Assembly (NCBI GenBank): GCA_021810145.1
Contig: JAJZJL010000002.1
Coordinates: 4,643-68,642, forward strand
From: Planctomycetota bacterium
Lineage (GTDB): Bacteria > Planctomycetota > Phycisphaerae > WQYP01
Reading direction: 5' to 3'
Length of the DNA stretch: 64,000 nt
The position numbers and the translations under genes are program-made. A model generated the notes under the pieces. It saw only the letters and a program-made list of their open reading frames with translations, was not told the origin of the DNA and did not search any database. Shown piece by piece: positions 28,007 through 37,690 of the stretch (its first letter is position 1; each line of letters opens with the position of its first letter).

Positions 28007-29461
28007 ATGATTGATCGTGTAAGAACCAAAACAGTCATTACCATGGGACCGGCCTGTGCCACGGCTGAAATATTCAGCCAACTGGTGCAAACCGGCGTGT
28101 CGGTGGTGCGGCTGAATTTTTCACATGGTGACCTGGCACAACGCGAGGCATTTTTGGCCGTGGCCCGCAGCGAATCACATCATCCGCCTCTGGCAATCAT
28201 GGGCGATTTGTGCGGGCCGAAAATACGCCTGGGCAAGGTCATGGACGGCGGAATGGCCGTGGCAAAAGGTGATGTGATTGCCATTCAGCGCGAGCCGATT
28301 CTGGGGCAAAACAATCTCCTGTCTTCCAATTATGCCTGTCTGGTCGATGATGTGCAGGTTGGACAATCCATTCTCATTGATGATGGTTGCATTCGCGCCA
28401 CGGTAATTGAAAAAGCTCCGGATATTGTCCGATGCCGCATTGATGTCGGCGGCAGAATTCAATCCAACAAAGGGATCAATCTGCCGCAGACCCGGCTTTC
28501 AATTCCCAGCGTAACGGATAAAGACTGGCGGGATATTGACTGGGCCATTGAACACCAGTTGGACTATCTGGCTCTGTCATTTGTGCGCAGCGCCGACGAC
28601 GTGCAAAGTGTTCGCCGGTATCTTGAGAGCCGAAAATCCGATATTGATCTGGTGGCAAAAATTGAAATGCCGCAGGCGATTGATGATCTTTCCGCCATTC
28701 TGGATTGTGCGGATGCGGTATTGGTGGCGCGCGGCGACATGGGTGTGGAAATGGAACTTACCGCCGTTCCGCTGTTGCAGAAAAAAATTGTCGATGCGGC
28801 CCACGAAGCCGGCAAACCGGTTATTGTCGCCACGCAGATGCTGCAATCCATGGTCGATAATCCCACGCCGACCCGCGCGGAGGTTTCGGATGTGGCCAAT
28901 GCCATTTTAGATGGTGCCGACGCCGTGATGCTTTCCGGCGAAACGGCCGTTGGAAAATATCCGCTTGAGGCCGTGCAGACCTTGCGCGATATCGCGGATA
29001 AAACCGAACGGTATATTGTCCAGAAGGGCATTCGCACGGAGCCGCCGCGGTTATTACAAATCAGTCACCACCGCACCGCCGCCATCGCGCACGGAGCCAT
29101 CGCCATTGCGCGTGATATTAACGCCCGGATGGTGGTAGTCTGGTCACAGGCCGGAGGGTCGGCTCGATATCTGTCAAAAAACCGCTTTCCAATCCCGATT
29201 GTCGCCCTGTCAACGGATCCGGCGGCGGTGCGCCGTATGGCAATGTATTATGGCGTCACGGCAGTTCATGCGGTACTTCCACAGCACTTTGACGATCTGC
29301 CCGCGATGGTCGATGATCTATTGCAGCGTGAGCACTGGGCGCATCAGGGAGATCGCGTTGTGATTGCCGCCGGAGCACCCATTGGAACCGCCGGTGCCAC
29401 CAATAGTTTAAGCGTCTATACGGTCGGCGACCATGCCCGCACCAGCGGTGAAAGGCAATGA
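28007..29461 (+). CDS. pyk: Pyruvate kinase.
   Basis: TKTVITMGPAC, VVRLNFSHGD, MVARGDMGVE, LSGETA and C-terminal regulatory domain motifs. Confidence 0.92.
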   Translation: MIDRVRTKTVITMGPACATAEIFSQLVQTGVSVVRLNFSHGDLAQREAFLAVARSESHHPPLAIMGDLCGPKIRLGKVMDGGMAVAKGDVIAIQREPILGQNNLLSSNYACLVDDVQVGQSILIDDGCIRATVIEKAPDIVRCRIDVGGRIQSNKGINLPQTRLSIPSVTDKDWRDIDWAIEHQLDYLALSFVRSADDVQSVRRYLESRKSDIDLVAKIEMPQAIDDLSAILDCADAVLVARGDMGVEMELTAVPLLQKKIVDAAHEAGKPVIVATQMLQSMVDNPTPTRAEVSDVANAILDGADAVMLSGETAVGKYPLEAVQTLRDIADKTERYIVQKGIRTEPPRLLQISHHRTAAIAHGAIAIARDINARMVVVWSQAGGSARYLSKNRFPIPIVALSTDPAAVRRMAMYYGVTAVHAVLPQHFDDLPAMVDDLLQREHWAHQGDRVVIAAGAPIGTAGATNSLSVYTVGDHARTSGERQ

Positions 29462-29934
29462 ACAAAAAGGCCATGATAACTTCCATGAATATCGGCAGTG
29501 CTTTGCAATATTCCACCCGGTCAGGTTGCCGGATACGGCGTCGGATCCAGATTGTGTCGCTTCTGGGGGCCTTGGCGCTGGCGCTGCCACTGCTTGCCGG
29601 ATGCGGGGTCATTCTGCATCATTATCCTGAACCCAATGTCGGCTGGCATTCTAAGAATTATTCGATTGTCTTTGGCGTCTTGACTCAGCATGACACCAAT
29701 CCGGTTTCCTGGACCATCCGCTATTCGTCCGTATATGCCGGCGATAAGTATGGCGGAAAATTCGCGTTGACGCCGAATTCCGCGCTGATTGGATATGTAC
29801 CCGGTAATACGGTGGAAATTCATGGCCATCCCGAACCAAAGCGGCTTAACAAAGCCGGCACGGGCACGCTTTATCACGTTACCAGTATCCGCCTGTGGCT
29901 CGGCAAGGGCCGCCCCAATTACCTGACGCGGTAA
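29458..29934 (+). CDS. Lipoprotein, hypothetical.
   Basis: ATGA overlap with pyk. Signal peptide with lipobox LPLLAGC. No recognisable domain. Confidence 0.55.
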   Translation: MNKKAMITSMNIGSALQYSTRSGCRIRRRIQIVSLLGALALALPLLAGCGVILHHYPEPNVGWHSKNYSIVFGVLTQHDTNPVSWTIRYSSVYAGDKYGGKFALTPNSALIGYVPGNTVEIHGHPEPKRLNKAGTGTLYHVTSIRLWLGKGRPNYLTR

Positions 29935-29938
29935 ACCG

Positions 29939-30187
29939 CTACAGCAGCGCCCGCAGGCCGGCCATCGCCATGATCACAATACTGATAATGAAACTGAACG
30001 CGGCGATGGCGATTACCAACGTCACCAGCCACAGGCCGATCAGGCACAAGCGGGGAATCCATTCGGTTTGTGGATCACGCAGTTCCTCCAGATCTGACCG
30101 CCAGCGGCCGAGCATCTCCTTGAGCCACCACAGTGCAAAGACCAACAGGATTGCAGCAAATAACATTCCGAATGATGGCATGTTCAA
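29939..30187 (-). CDS. Small hydrophobic membrane protein (82 aa), hypothetical.
   Basis: GGAG RBS ~9 nt upstream. Two predicted TM helices. Confidence 0.35.
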   Translation of the reverse strand: MNMPSFGMLFAAILLVFALWWLKEMLGRWRSDLEELRDPQTEWIPRLCLIGLWLVTLVIAIAAFSFIISIVIMAMAGLRALL

Positions 30188-30229
30188 GGCTCCTGTTTGC
30201 TATCGGAGCATCCGCAATTTGTGCGGCGT

Positions 30230-30949
30230 TCAGGACTGCTCTGATAATCCCAGCCATTGATCGAGTTGTGTCAGTGGCACCTGCTGGAGACTTTCAAAGG
30301 GAAAATCTGCCCATTTCCGCACTGATTCAGGTGTGCTGGTCGTTGCAATTCCCAGCACACGCAATTCCGCACCATGAGCCGCCGCCGCTCCACCCTCGGT
30401 GTCTTCAATGACCAGGCTTCGCTGCTTATCCAAAATGCCGTCGCATTGAATATTCAGGCGATCAAAAGCCAGCGTATACCCTTCCGGATCGGGTTTGGAG
30501 CGTCTGACATCTTCAATGGAGACAATCACAGGAAAATATCGATCAAGAAAGAAGGATTTCAGAAGCGTTTCAATTTCCTGACGCCGCGCACCACTGCAAA
30601 TGCCACAGACAACGTCGCGCGATGCCAGATGTTTAATTAATTCGGTAACTCCCGGCATGGCGACAGGTGCCTGGCCGATGCGGCCATCCATAATCTTGTC
30701 TTTTAAGGTGCAGAGTTTCTCAACCAGCGCCTTGGGCGGATTAATGCCGTGATCCTGGAGCATTAACCGGAATGCCTCAAAATTTCCAAATACGATATAA
30801 CGCGAATAATAGCGATCCGAAGATATTTGAATGACCCGCCCCACCGCTTTGCTTCCGGCAAGCAGAACCTGATTGTACGCCGCCAGATGCAATTCTTCCG
30901 TGTTGGCAATCACACCGTCGAAATCAAATATCACACAAGACTTGGCCAT
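30230..30949 (-). CDS. HAD-superfamily hydrolase (subfamily IA, beta-phosphoglucomutase-like).
   Basis: Motif I FDFDGVIANTE, motif II ICSGA, motif III/IV K...EDTEGG. Confidence 0.8.
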   Translation of the reverse strand: MAKSCVIFDFDGVIANTEELHLAAYNQVLLAGSKAVGRVIQISSDRYYSRYIVFGNFEAFRLMLQDHGINPPKALVEKLCTLKDKIMDGRIGQAPVAMPGVTELIKHLASRDVVCGICSGARRQEIETLLKSFFLDRYFPVIVSIEDVRRSKPDPEGYTLAFDRLNIQCDGILDKQRSLVIEDTEGGAAAAHGAELRVLGIATTSTPESVRKWADFPFESLQQVPLTQLDQWLGLSEQS

Positions 30950-30952
30950 AGA

Positions 30953-31690
30953 TTATCCGAATTCGTCGCCTTTGAAACTGTGGCCCAGATACGTCTGGCG
31001 AACCAGCGGATTATTGATCAGTTCCTTCGGCGTTCCCTGCGCCATGACCTGGCCCTCGGAAATAATCAGCGCCCGATCGCACACTTCCAACGTTCGCTGC
31101 ACATTATGATCGGTAATCAGAATGGCTTTGTCCATTTGTTCGCGCAACTGTCGAATTTCGCGCTGCAGATCTTCAACCGCAATGGGGTCCACCCCACTGA
31201 AGGGTTCATCCAGCAGAATCAGCGAAGGATTGGTAATCAGCGCCCGGGCTATTTCCAGCTTCCGGCGCTCACCGCCGGAAAGGGTATATGCTTTCTGCTT
31301 TCGTGTTTTGGTCAGGCCAAACTGTTCCAGCAACCGGTGCGCTTCTTCACGCCGCTGCGGGCCGCTGCGACGGGTCTGCTCCAGAATTGCCAGCAGGTTT
31401 TGTTCCACCGTCAGCCGGAGGAACACGGAGGGTTCCTGTGACAGATATCCCATCCCGCGCCGCGCGCGCTTGTACATAGGAAGATGAGTAATATCCACAC
31501 CGTCAAAAAGCACAGTCCCGGCGTCAGGCCGGATCATACCGATGGCCATGCGAAAGCTGGTGGTCTTCCCCGCACCGTTGCGGCCCAACAGACCGACCAC
31601 TTCCTTATGCCCTACCTCAAATGACACCCGGTTGACCACGGTGCGTGTGCCATAGCGCTTTACCAGATTTTGTGCCGATAAAAGATTCAA
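30953..31690 (-). CDS. lptB: LPS export ABC transporter ATP-binding protein LptB.
   Basis: 245 aa. Walker A GRNGAGKTT, signature LSGGERRKLEIARAL, Walker B ILLDEP. The size and sequence pattern are typical of LptB rather than a generic ABC ATPase. Confidence 0.8.
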   Translation of the reverse strand: MNLLSAQNLVKRYGTRTVVNRVSFEVGHKEVVGLLGRNGAGKTTSFRMAIGMIRPDAGTVLFDGVDITHLPMYKRARRGMGYLSQEPSVFLRLTVEQNLLAILEQTRRSGPQRREEAHRLLEQFGLTKTRKQKAYTLSGGERRKLEIARALITNPSLILLDEPFSGVDPIAVEDLQREIRQLREQMDKAILITDHNVQRTLEVCDRALIISEGQVMAQGTPKELINNPLVRQTYLGHSFKGDEFG

Positions 31691-31822
31691 CCAACACCAT
31701 ACCGCCGCAAATGCCGGTCTTGCGCCGCCAACATGGCTGTCGCAAAAATCGGCTGTGCAGCATTGTCACGATTGCCCGCCGGTATGGCAAGCGAATGACG
31801 GAGGAATAATATTCCGTGATGC

Positions 31823-32326
31823 CTATTGACCATTGGTCGCCGCGGATCCAACAGCCTGAACGGATGGCGGCGATTTGGCCTGAACTTTCAGCGGCATCAG
31901 TCGCATGGCACCGGCACACATGATAATAATAGCGCCGCAAATCAGGCTGGCGGTATACCATTTTTTTGCCTCAGCGCGGAACGGAGCGAACATCGCGGCC
32001 CGTCCGGCGAGAACGGAAAGCAGAAAAAAAAGCCCCAGTGCCGCCAGGAGCTTGATGGTCAGCAATAGTTGATACAGCGGCGGCTCCGCGGGTAGATCTA
32101 CCACCACAACAAGCCAGTAGACGCCCGAAATAATCTGCAACAGGATCACCATTCCCAGAAACATCCGCCAGGGCTTATTGATTTTCTCAATAATCGCCGC
32201 GCGACGCTCCGAGTCTTCTGCGGCCAATGCGGGCAGGAGAAACAAGCGAATAAAGAAAGGCGAGCCGATTAAAACAGTCGCCCCGCCAATATGCAGCCAA
32301 CGCATGAACAATGTTATTGAATTCAT
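31823..32326 (-). CDS. Hypothetical polytopic membrane protein.
   Basis: 4-5 hydrophobic helices. No family recognised. Confidence 0.45.
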   Translation of the reverse strand: MNSITLFMRWLHIGGATVLIGSPFFIRLFLLPALAAEDSERRAAIIEKINKPWRMFLGMVILLQIISGVYWLVVVVDLPAEPPLYQLLLTIKLLAALGLFFLLSVLAGRAAMFAPFRAEAKKWYTASLICGAIIIMCAGAMRLMPLKVQAKSPPSVQAVGSAATNGQ

Positions 32327-32853
32327 TGCGAATTACCTCTCAAAACCGGGTGCTTGATCACGGTTACCACCGGGAAATCAATACGCCATTGCCGGGGGAA
32401 TTTTGGCGTAGATCAGATCGGGGCATCTCGCCGCACACTTTGCGATATTCCGCCCCAATTACGCACCATTACCTCAGCCAGATACCCATACCAACGTAAT
32501 GTCCAGTAGTCTTTTCACGAATCTGTTCCCGGATGACCAAGTTCAAAAGCGTAAAATCCATCGCGGCCAACAACCTCAGCATACAACCGTCATCGCAATT
32601 CCTTTCGTTGCCTATCCTGCCGCAGTTAAAATAATACCGGCTTCAGCCGGTTCAAGAAAGCAGTCGCTGTCCACACGGTCCATACGCCGCTACAGCCAAG
32701 GATAATGTAAAAATGGCGCAACTGGATTAAAAGTAATGCGTACACCCTCAACGGGTACGCATCGGGTTTATAAAGTGCCGCGGCCAGCCCGCGCGGCCCG
32801 TTGCGGGCACTCGCTTCCAGGGCAGTCCGGCCGCCGATTCAGCATGCAGGGCG

Positions 32854-34152
32854 CTAGGTCTTGATTAAATCCAATGACTTAAACCCCTTGCCCAGAATTG
32901 CCCCGCTGTCCGCCTTGAGCCAGTTCGACAGGATACTTGCGTAAACGCTGCGAAAGTCAGTGGTGAATTTCAGGTCCCCCATTTGCAGATGTTCCTTGGC
33001 CAATGAGGGCTGTGTGCCGATCAATCCGGACTTTATACCGCCACCAAGAATGAACATCGGTGCCGCGGTGCCATGGTCGGTTCCCAGACTCGCATTTTCC
33101 GCCACGCGACGGCCAAATTCCGAAAATGTCACCACCATGGTTTTCTGATGCAACCCCTGCAATTTAAGATCCCGCATAAACGCCGATAGCCCGTCCGAGA
33201 TATCCGCCATCAGCGTATCATGCGCTTTTTGCTGCTGGGCATGGGTATCAAATCCGCCCATCGACACATAATAAACCCGGGTCGGTAAGTTTGATGCGAT
33301 CATCCTTGCCACAAGACTTAACGATTTCGCAAGTTGCGACGCCGGATAGCTGACATGATTCTGTGCTTTATCCACGGCCTGGCGTATATCACGGCCTGAA
33401 ATTTCCGCATCCAACGCCGTTCGCTGCAGAAAATCCAATTCCTGATTGGCACAAAGCGGACAGGGCGTATCATGTGGACCAATACCGTTGATGCTGCGGT
33501 ACACATCCCTCAACTGCTGATGCGCTTTATCCCCACCTCGTCCGGGCAACCATTGGAATTGATCGGGCGTCTGGAAGGATACCGGCTCAAATTTGCTTCC
33601 GCCCAGGGCCACCGGCGATAGCGGCCCGATACTGATGGCCGCATCCGGACCGACGGGATCGGTTCCAGAACACTGGGCGTCAAAGTATCTTCCCAACCAG
33701 CCGTGCTTACCGATTCTCGCAGGTTCGGCGGTCTCCCAGATTGCTGTTGATCTGAAATGCGACCGGTTCGGATTGGGGTAACCGACACCCAGAATCACTC
33801 CCAGTTCCCCGGCATCAAATAGCGCTTTCATACCCTTCATTGCCGGATGAAGCGCCAGTGAATTTCCCAGTGACAGCAGGTTGTTGGTAATGGCCAGATG
33901 TGGCCGAGCCCGGCGATAGTCGTCATTATCCACCGGTATGACTGTAGACAATCCATCGTTTCCACCACCCAGTTGCACGACCACCAGTACGCGCTCATCA
34001 CCGCGCCCCGCCGCCGTTTGTGTCAATGGATGATCCGCGGGATTATTCATTGCAAACGCCGTTCGCTGAAGAAAGGCCGGCAGCGTGGACGCTGCGGAAA
34101 GAATGGTCAATCCACGGGCGACAAAAACACGGCGCGTATGCAGCATATCCAT
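32854..34152 (-). CDS. DUF1501 (sulfatase-like) protein with a Tat signal.
   Basis: N-terminal RRVFVARGLTILSAAS twin-arginine signal, and the DUF1501 fold characteristic of the DUF1800/DUF1501 gene pairs abundant in Planctomycetes and Verrucomicrobia. Confidence 0.85.
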   Translation of the reverse strand: MDMLHTRRVFVARGLTILSAASTLPAFLQRTAFAMNNPADHPLTQTAAGRGDERVLVVVQLGGGNDGLSTVIPVDNDDYRRARPHLAITNNLLSLGNSLALHPAMKGMKALFDAGELGVILGVGYPNPNRSHFRSTAIWETAEPARIGKHGWLGRYFDAQCSGTDPVGPDAAISIGPLSPVALGGSKFEPVSFQTPDQFQWLPGRGGDKAHQQLRDVYRSINGIGPHDTPCPLCANQELDFLQRTALDAEISGRDIRQAVDKAQNHVSYPASQLAKSLSLVARMIASNLPTRVYYVSMGGFDTHAQQQKAHDTLMADISDGLSAFMRDLKLQGLHQKTMVVTFSEFGRRVAENASLGTDHGTAAPMFILGGGIKSGLIGTQPSLAKEHLQMGDLKFTTDFRSVYASILSNWLKADSGAILGKGFKSLDLIKT

Positions 34153-34265
34153 GATTCACCTCTTGCACATTTTCTGACGTTTGGTTGTCAGCATTATCCA
34201 TTCGCTTTCGCCATATAACCGCCGGTTCCGAGATACCATCCGCCGGGCACAGGTCGGATGGGCAG

Positions 34266-35792
34266 TTAACACAACTGGTACTCCGGCATAGCCATAATCA
34301 GTTCCACCAACTCCAGGAGCCGCCAATGTGTTGAACCATCGGCGGTATTCAACGGTCGGCTGTCGGTTGAGTCTGATCCATTGAGAACCCGTATCAAATC
34401 GGAGCGTTTGGCAGGCTCAATTTCATCCGCAATCAGTCGATTGAGAAAATAATCGACGGCACCATCGGTAGTGGCAATACCGGCACGCGCCAGGTCCAGT
34501 TCCGGTGAAAAGCCGGTCTGAAATTCTGTCAGTAAGGCGGAATGCGGTTGATTCCATGCGGAACTTCGGGCGTGGCTTGGACGACGCCCCGTTACCAGAG
34601 CCGCGGGCATATCGTAGCGGGCAAATAAGGTACTGGTGTTAATCCACGCCCTCCCGTGGGGCCAGCCGCCGACATTCGGCGCTTCAAATAATTCCTGCCC
34701 CATGGATTTCATACTGTAAAGCATGCCATTGGCATTGGGAGCGGGCACATTCAATGCCCGAAAACTCCCGGCCACGAGTTCCATCGGTGATTTAATTTTA
34801 CGCCGCATAACTGCGTCTGAAAAAAACCAGCGGCTGGAAAACAACTGCTCCAGCACCGGCGCCATGCGCCAATCAGATTCGCGTAATTTCTGCGCCAGTG
34901 CGTCGACAATTTCGGGGGGCGGATCATCCGAGGTAAAAAATGCCGAAAGTTTGAACGCGAAATGTTTCGCGGTTGCGGGCTGCTGGAAAATAATCCGGAC
35001 AATATCATCACCGTTGAAGTTGCCGGTATGACCAAGGAAGGTCTTTTCCCCGTCATCATGCTCAAACGGACGGAATACGAAATGATCACCCACAAATGTC
35101 CACCCGGTCCAGGCGCGAGCGGATTGCCGCACATCCTCCTCGGTATAGTTGCCGATTCCCATGGTAAAAAGTTCCATAAGTTCCCGCGCATAGTTTTCAT
35201 TCGCGTGACCCTTGCGGTTCTGATTGTTGTTCAAATACCGAAGCATGGCGGGATCTCTGCTGATGTTCAAGGTCAGCACCTTGGCGCTTCCGGTGGCAAA
35301 TTCCCGGAACAACTGATTCTGCATATACATGTGGTAAGCGTTATTCACGGAAGAAAACGCGCTGACAAATAAGCCATGCCAGAACAGCGTCATTTTCTCT
35401 TGCAATGGCCGTCTGGTTTTCACCATCCGGTTAATCCACCAGCAGCGCATCTCCTGCATCTTGGAAAAGCCAGCCTGAACTGTGAGTTGAAAATACTCCC
35501 GCCGTTGCGCTTTGGTCAGTGGTCTGAGGAACCGGCGGATTTCCCGAAAATTAGAAAATTCCCGGTGGGATAACGGCCCGAATTCCAGTGCGGGAAGATC
35601 ATCTGGAATGCTCTGATAATACACAATATGGTTAATCGCCTCATGGGGTCCCATGCGCACCAGAGCGGCAATATCCTCCGGCGTACCACCAAATCCGGCG
35701 CGGTTCAACAGATGGCTGGCAGTACGCCAATTCCATTTAAATGAATGATCCGACCAGATGGGGGTCAAAATGGATTCCGAAGCCGTGAGCAT
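34266..35792 (-). CDS. DUF1800 protein, partner of the DUF1501 protein.
   Basis: 508 aa. Conserved N-terminal ASHLLNRAGFGGTPEDI motif of DUF1800. Immediately upstream of the DUF1501 gene on the same strand. Confidence 0.85.
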   Translation of the reverse strand: MLTASESILTPIWSDHSFKWNWRTASHLLNRAGFGGTPEDIAALVRMGPHEAINHIVYYQSIPDDLPALEFGPLSHREFSNFREIRRFLRPLTKAQRREYFQLTVQAGFSKMQEMRCWWINRMVKTRRPLQEKMTLFWHGLFVSAFSSVNNAYHMYMQNQLFREFATGSAKVLTLNISRDPAMLRYLNNNQNRKGHANENYARELMELFTMGIGNYTEEDVRQSARAWTGWTFVGDHFVFRPFEHDDGEKTFLGHTGNFNGDDIVRIIFQQPATAKHFAFKLSAFFTSDDPPPEIVDALAQKLRESDWRMAPVLEQLFSSRWFFSDAVMRRKIKSPMELVAGSFRALNVPAPNANGMLYSMKSMGQELFEAPNVGGWPHGRAWINTSTLFARYDMPAALVTGRRPSHARSSAWNQPHSALLTEFQTGFSPELDLARAGIATTDGAVDYFLNRLIADEIEPAKRSDLIRVLNGSDSTDSRPLNTADGSTHWRLLELVELIMAMPEYQLC

Positions 35793-36236
35793 GGCAGATA
35801 CTCCCGAAATTCAGTTGCAATTGCGTCCGATACATCTTCAATTATCGGCATAGATTGAAATCCGGCATCAGAAGGCATCGCGGCAATGGAAAAATGCCGC
35901 GACAACCAGCGATGCAGGCTCAATTGAATCAAACGCCAGGATCGCTCCAAAGTTGCAACACTCTGTGCAAAGCTGTGACCGCCGCCGCAACAACGATGTG
36001 TCTTCACTTGGGCGGGCAGGCCTGCTTGAACGTGGCGCACCACGCAAGTTCGTGGTTAATATGTTTCTCGGCGCGCGCCTGGCAATAGGTTTTACCGCAC
36101 CGCAGCCAATTTCGACTTCCACGGATTGATCTATGTCTGGCGAACCCTTTGGCCTTGGGCCGAACCAGCATCGTTGCGTCGTCGCGTCCCTGGGCAGTTG
36201 GCCATCCGCAACTTTCCATGTCGCAGTTCGTGTGGC

Positions 36237-37316
36237 ATGATGATGACCATGAAGCTGCCACAATTGCTATTGTTAAATCACTGGATCGCCACCACTGTAA
36301 TGCTCGGCATGATCGGTTGGATTGGCATTACTCCGGCATATTCGGATTATCCTGCCGGACCGAGTCCTAAAATTATCATGATGCCCCAACCGGCCCGACC
36401 GACATGGAAACTCGGTAGCATGGCCCCGTCGTTGCATATAATGGAGTTGTCCGGCCAAAAGATCTCTTTATCGCAGTTTTTGGGCAAGCCGTTGGTTCTG
36501 GAATTCGGCAGCCTCACCGAGCCGGCATTTCGCCTGAGTGCCCCAAGCATGAACTGGCTGGCGCGCAAATGGAAAAACAAGGTGCAATTTCTGGTTGTTT
36601 ACCAAAGTGAATCGCATCCTGACGGAACCAGTCGGGAACTGCAAGTCAATCAAAAAGCCGGATTGTCAATTCCGCAGGCGAGAACTCAGCCTCAACGCGC
36701 TGCCGATGCCCGGCTGGCACAGCGAAAATTACACCTCCAGATTCCATTAATTGCCATTGACAACGCGGATAATCAAACGGCCAAGGCTTATGGATCGCTG
36801 CCCAATATGACCTTTCTTATTAACGCCCACGGACAATTGCTTGCAGCCTGGCCATGGATGACTCCATGGCAACTCAATGGTGCCATTCAGGCCCTGCTGG
36901 CGGGCAAAGCGATTCCATACGGTGATATGAGCGCTGGCTTTACGCCAAATACCATGCCACCGATGGAGTTTGATTATCGCGCCCTGCCACCGGCGTCACC
37001 GCAGATTCTCGCCGCCGCCATTGATCGCGCCGGCGTTACCCGGCATCAACTGGCAAACATTATTCCGGCCGTCACCGCTTTTTCATCCGCCTTGCTCAAA
37101 ACCCGGGAACACATTGCGCAGCTGCGTTCCGCGAAAGGGCAGTTTAACGGTGCCTTTCGTCGGTCTGTGCGTAAAGCTTTTGATTCACTTGGAAAATCAG
37201 CCGCGGAATTAAAGCGATCCCTGCGGCAGTTTCTGAACAATCAGCAATATCAGGAAATTTTATCCGCCATCGACCGCGGTCGGATGCGCCGCATATTTGA
37301 CCAACCAAGGCCGTGA
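36237..37316 (+). CDS. Secreted thioredoxin-fold protein of the iodothyronine-deiodinase-like family, with the redox Cys/Sec positions replaced, plus a ~150-aa C-terminal extension.
   Basis: Signal peptide MKLPQLLLLNHWIATTVMLGMIGWIGITPAYS. GKPLVLEFGSLTEPAF...VQFLVVYQSESHPDG aligns with the deiodinase core RPLVLNFGSCTUPPF...FLVIYIEEAHPSDGW, but with C to L and U/C to E. Confidence 0.6.
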   Translation: MMMTMKLPQLLLLNHWIATTVMLGMIGWIGITPAYSDYPAGPSPKIIMMPQPARPTWKLGSMAPSLHIMELSGQKISLSQFLGKPLVLEFGSLTEPAFRLSAPSMNWLARKWKNKVQFLVVYQSESHPDGTSRELQVNQKAGLSIPQARTQPQRAADARLAQRKLHLQIPLIAIDNADNQTAKAYGSLPNMTFLINAHGQLLAAWPWMTPWQLNGAIQALLAGKAIPYGDMSAGFTPNTMPPMEFDYRALPPASPQILAAAIDRAGVTRHQLANIIPAVTAFSSALLKTREHIAQLRSAKGQFNGAFRRSVRKAFDSLGKSAAELKRSLRQFLNNQQYQEILSAIDRGRMRRIFDQPRP

Positions 37317-37459
37317 TTCACACAAGCGTCAGGACAATCAACCGCTTAAGATGACCGGCACCGGCCCGCATAACACCCGTCGCACGCCATCCGGATTGCA
37401 ACCGGGATGGAAACCCGCGGCCGTTTTAACTTTGGCTTGACATCCATCATTTCCACGAT

Positions 37460-37487
37460 TTGAAATATTTGCCAACCGATGTATAAT
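37460..37487 (+). promoter_or_regulatory. Putative rpsA promoter: TTGAAA, 16-nt spacer, TG-TATAAT (extended -10).
   Basis: gatTTGAAAtatttgccaaccgaTGTATAATa, ~200 nt upstream of rpsA. It is preceded by the GGAAACCCGCGGCCGTTTTAACTTTGG-TTGACA motif. Confidence 0.45.
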
Positions 37488-37690
37488 ATTTGGCTTATTC
37501 ACGGTCTGATGAATTGTCTATGCCAGACATGCCCGAAGACTGCGATTAAACCCGGCAAGGCATCAGCCCGGGATTCGATTGGCATTGTAGCTGATTGAAT
37601 AATGTCTGGGCCGGTCTTTTTCGCCCGTCATTTCCGCTGCTTACACACTTTTTAACGGCGGTTGCAACGGGGAAAGGTTCCAAGTCGTTT

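Noticed and set aside
37565-37590. gggattcgattgg looked tRNA T-loop-like
   Set aside because: No acceptor stem, anticodon arm or CCA context. It lies in the rpsA 5' leader.
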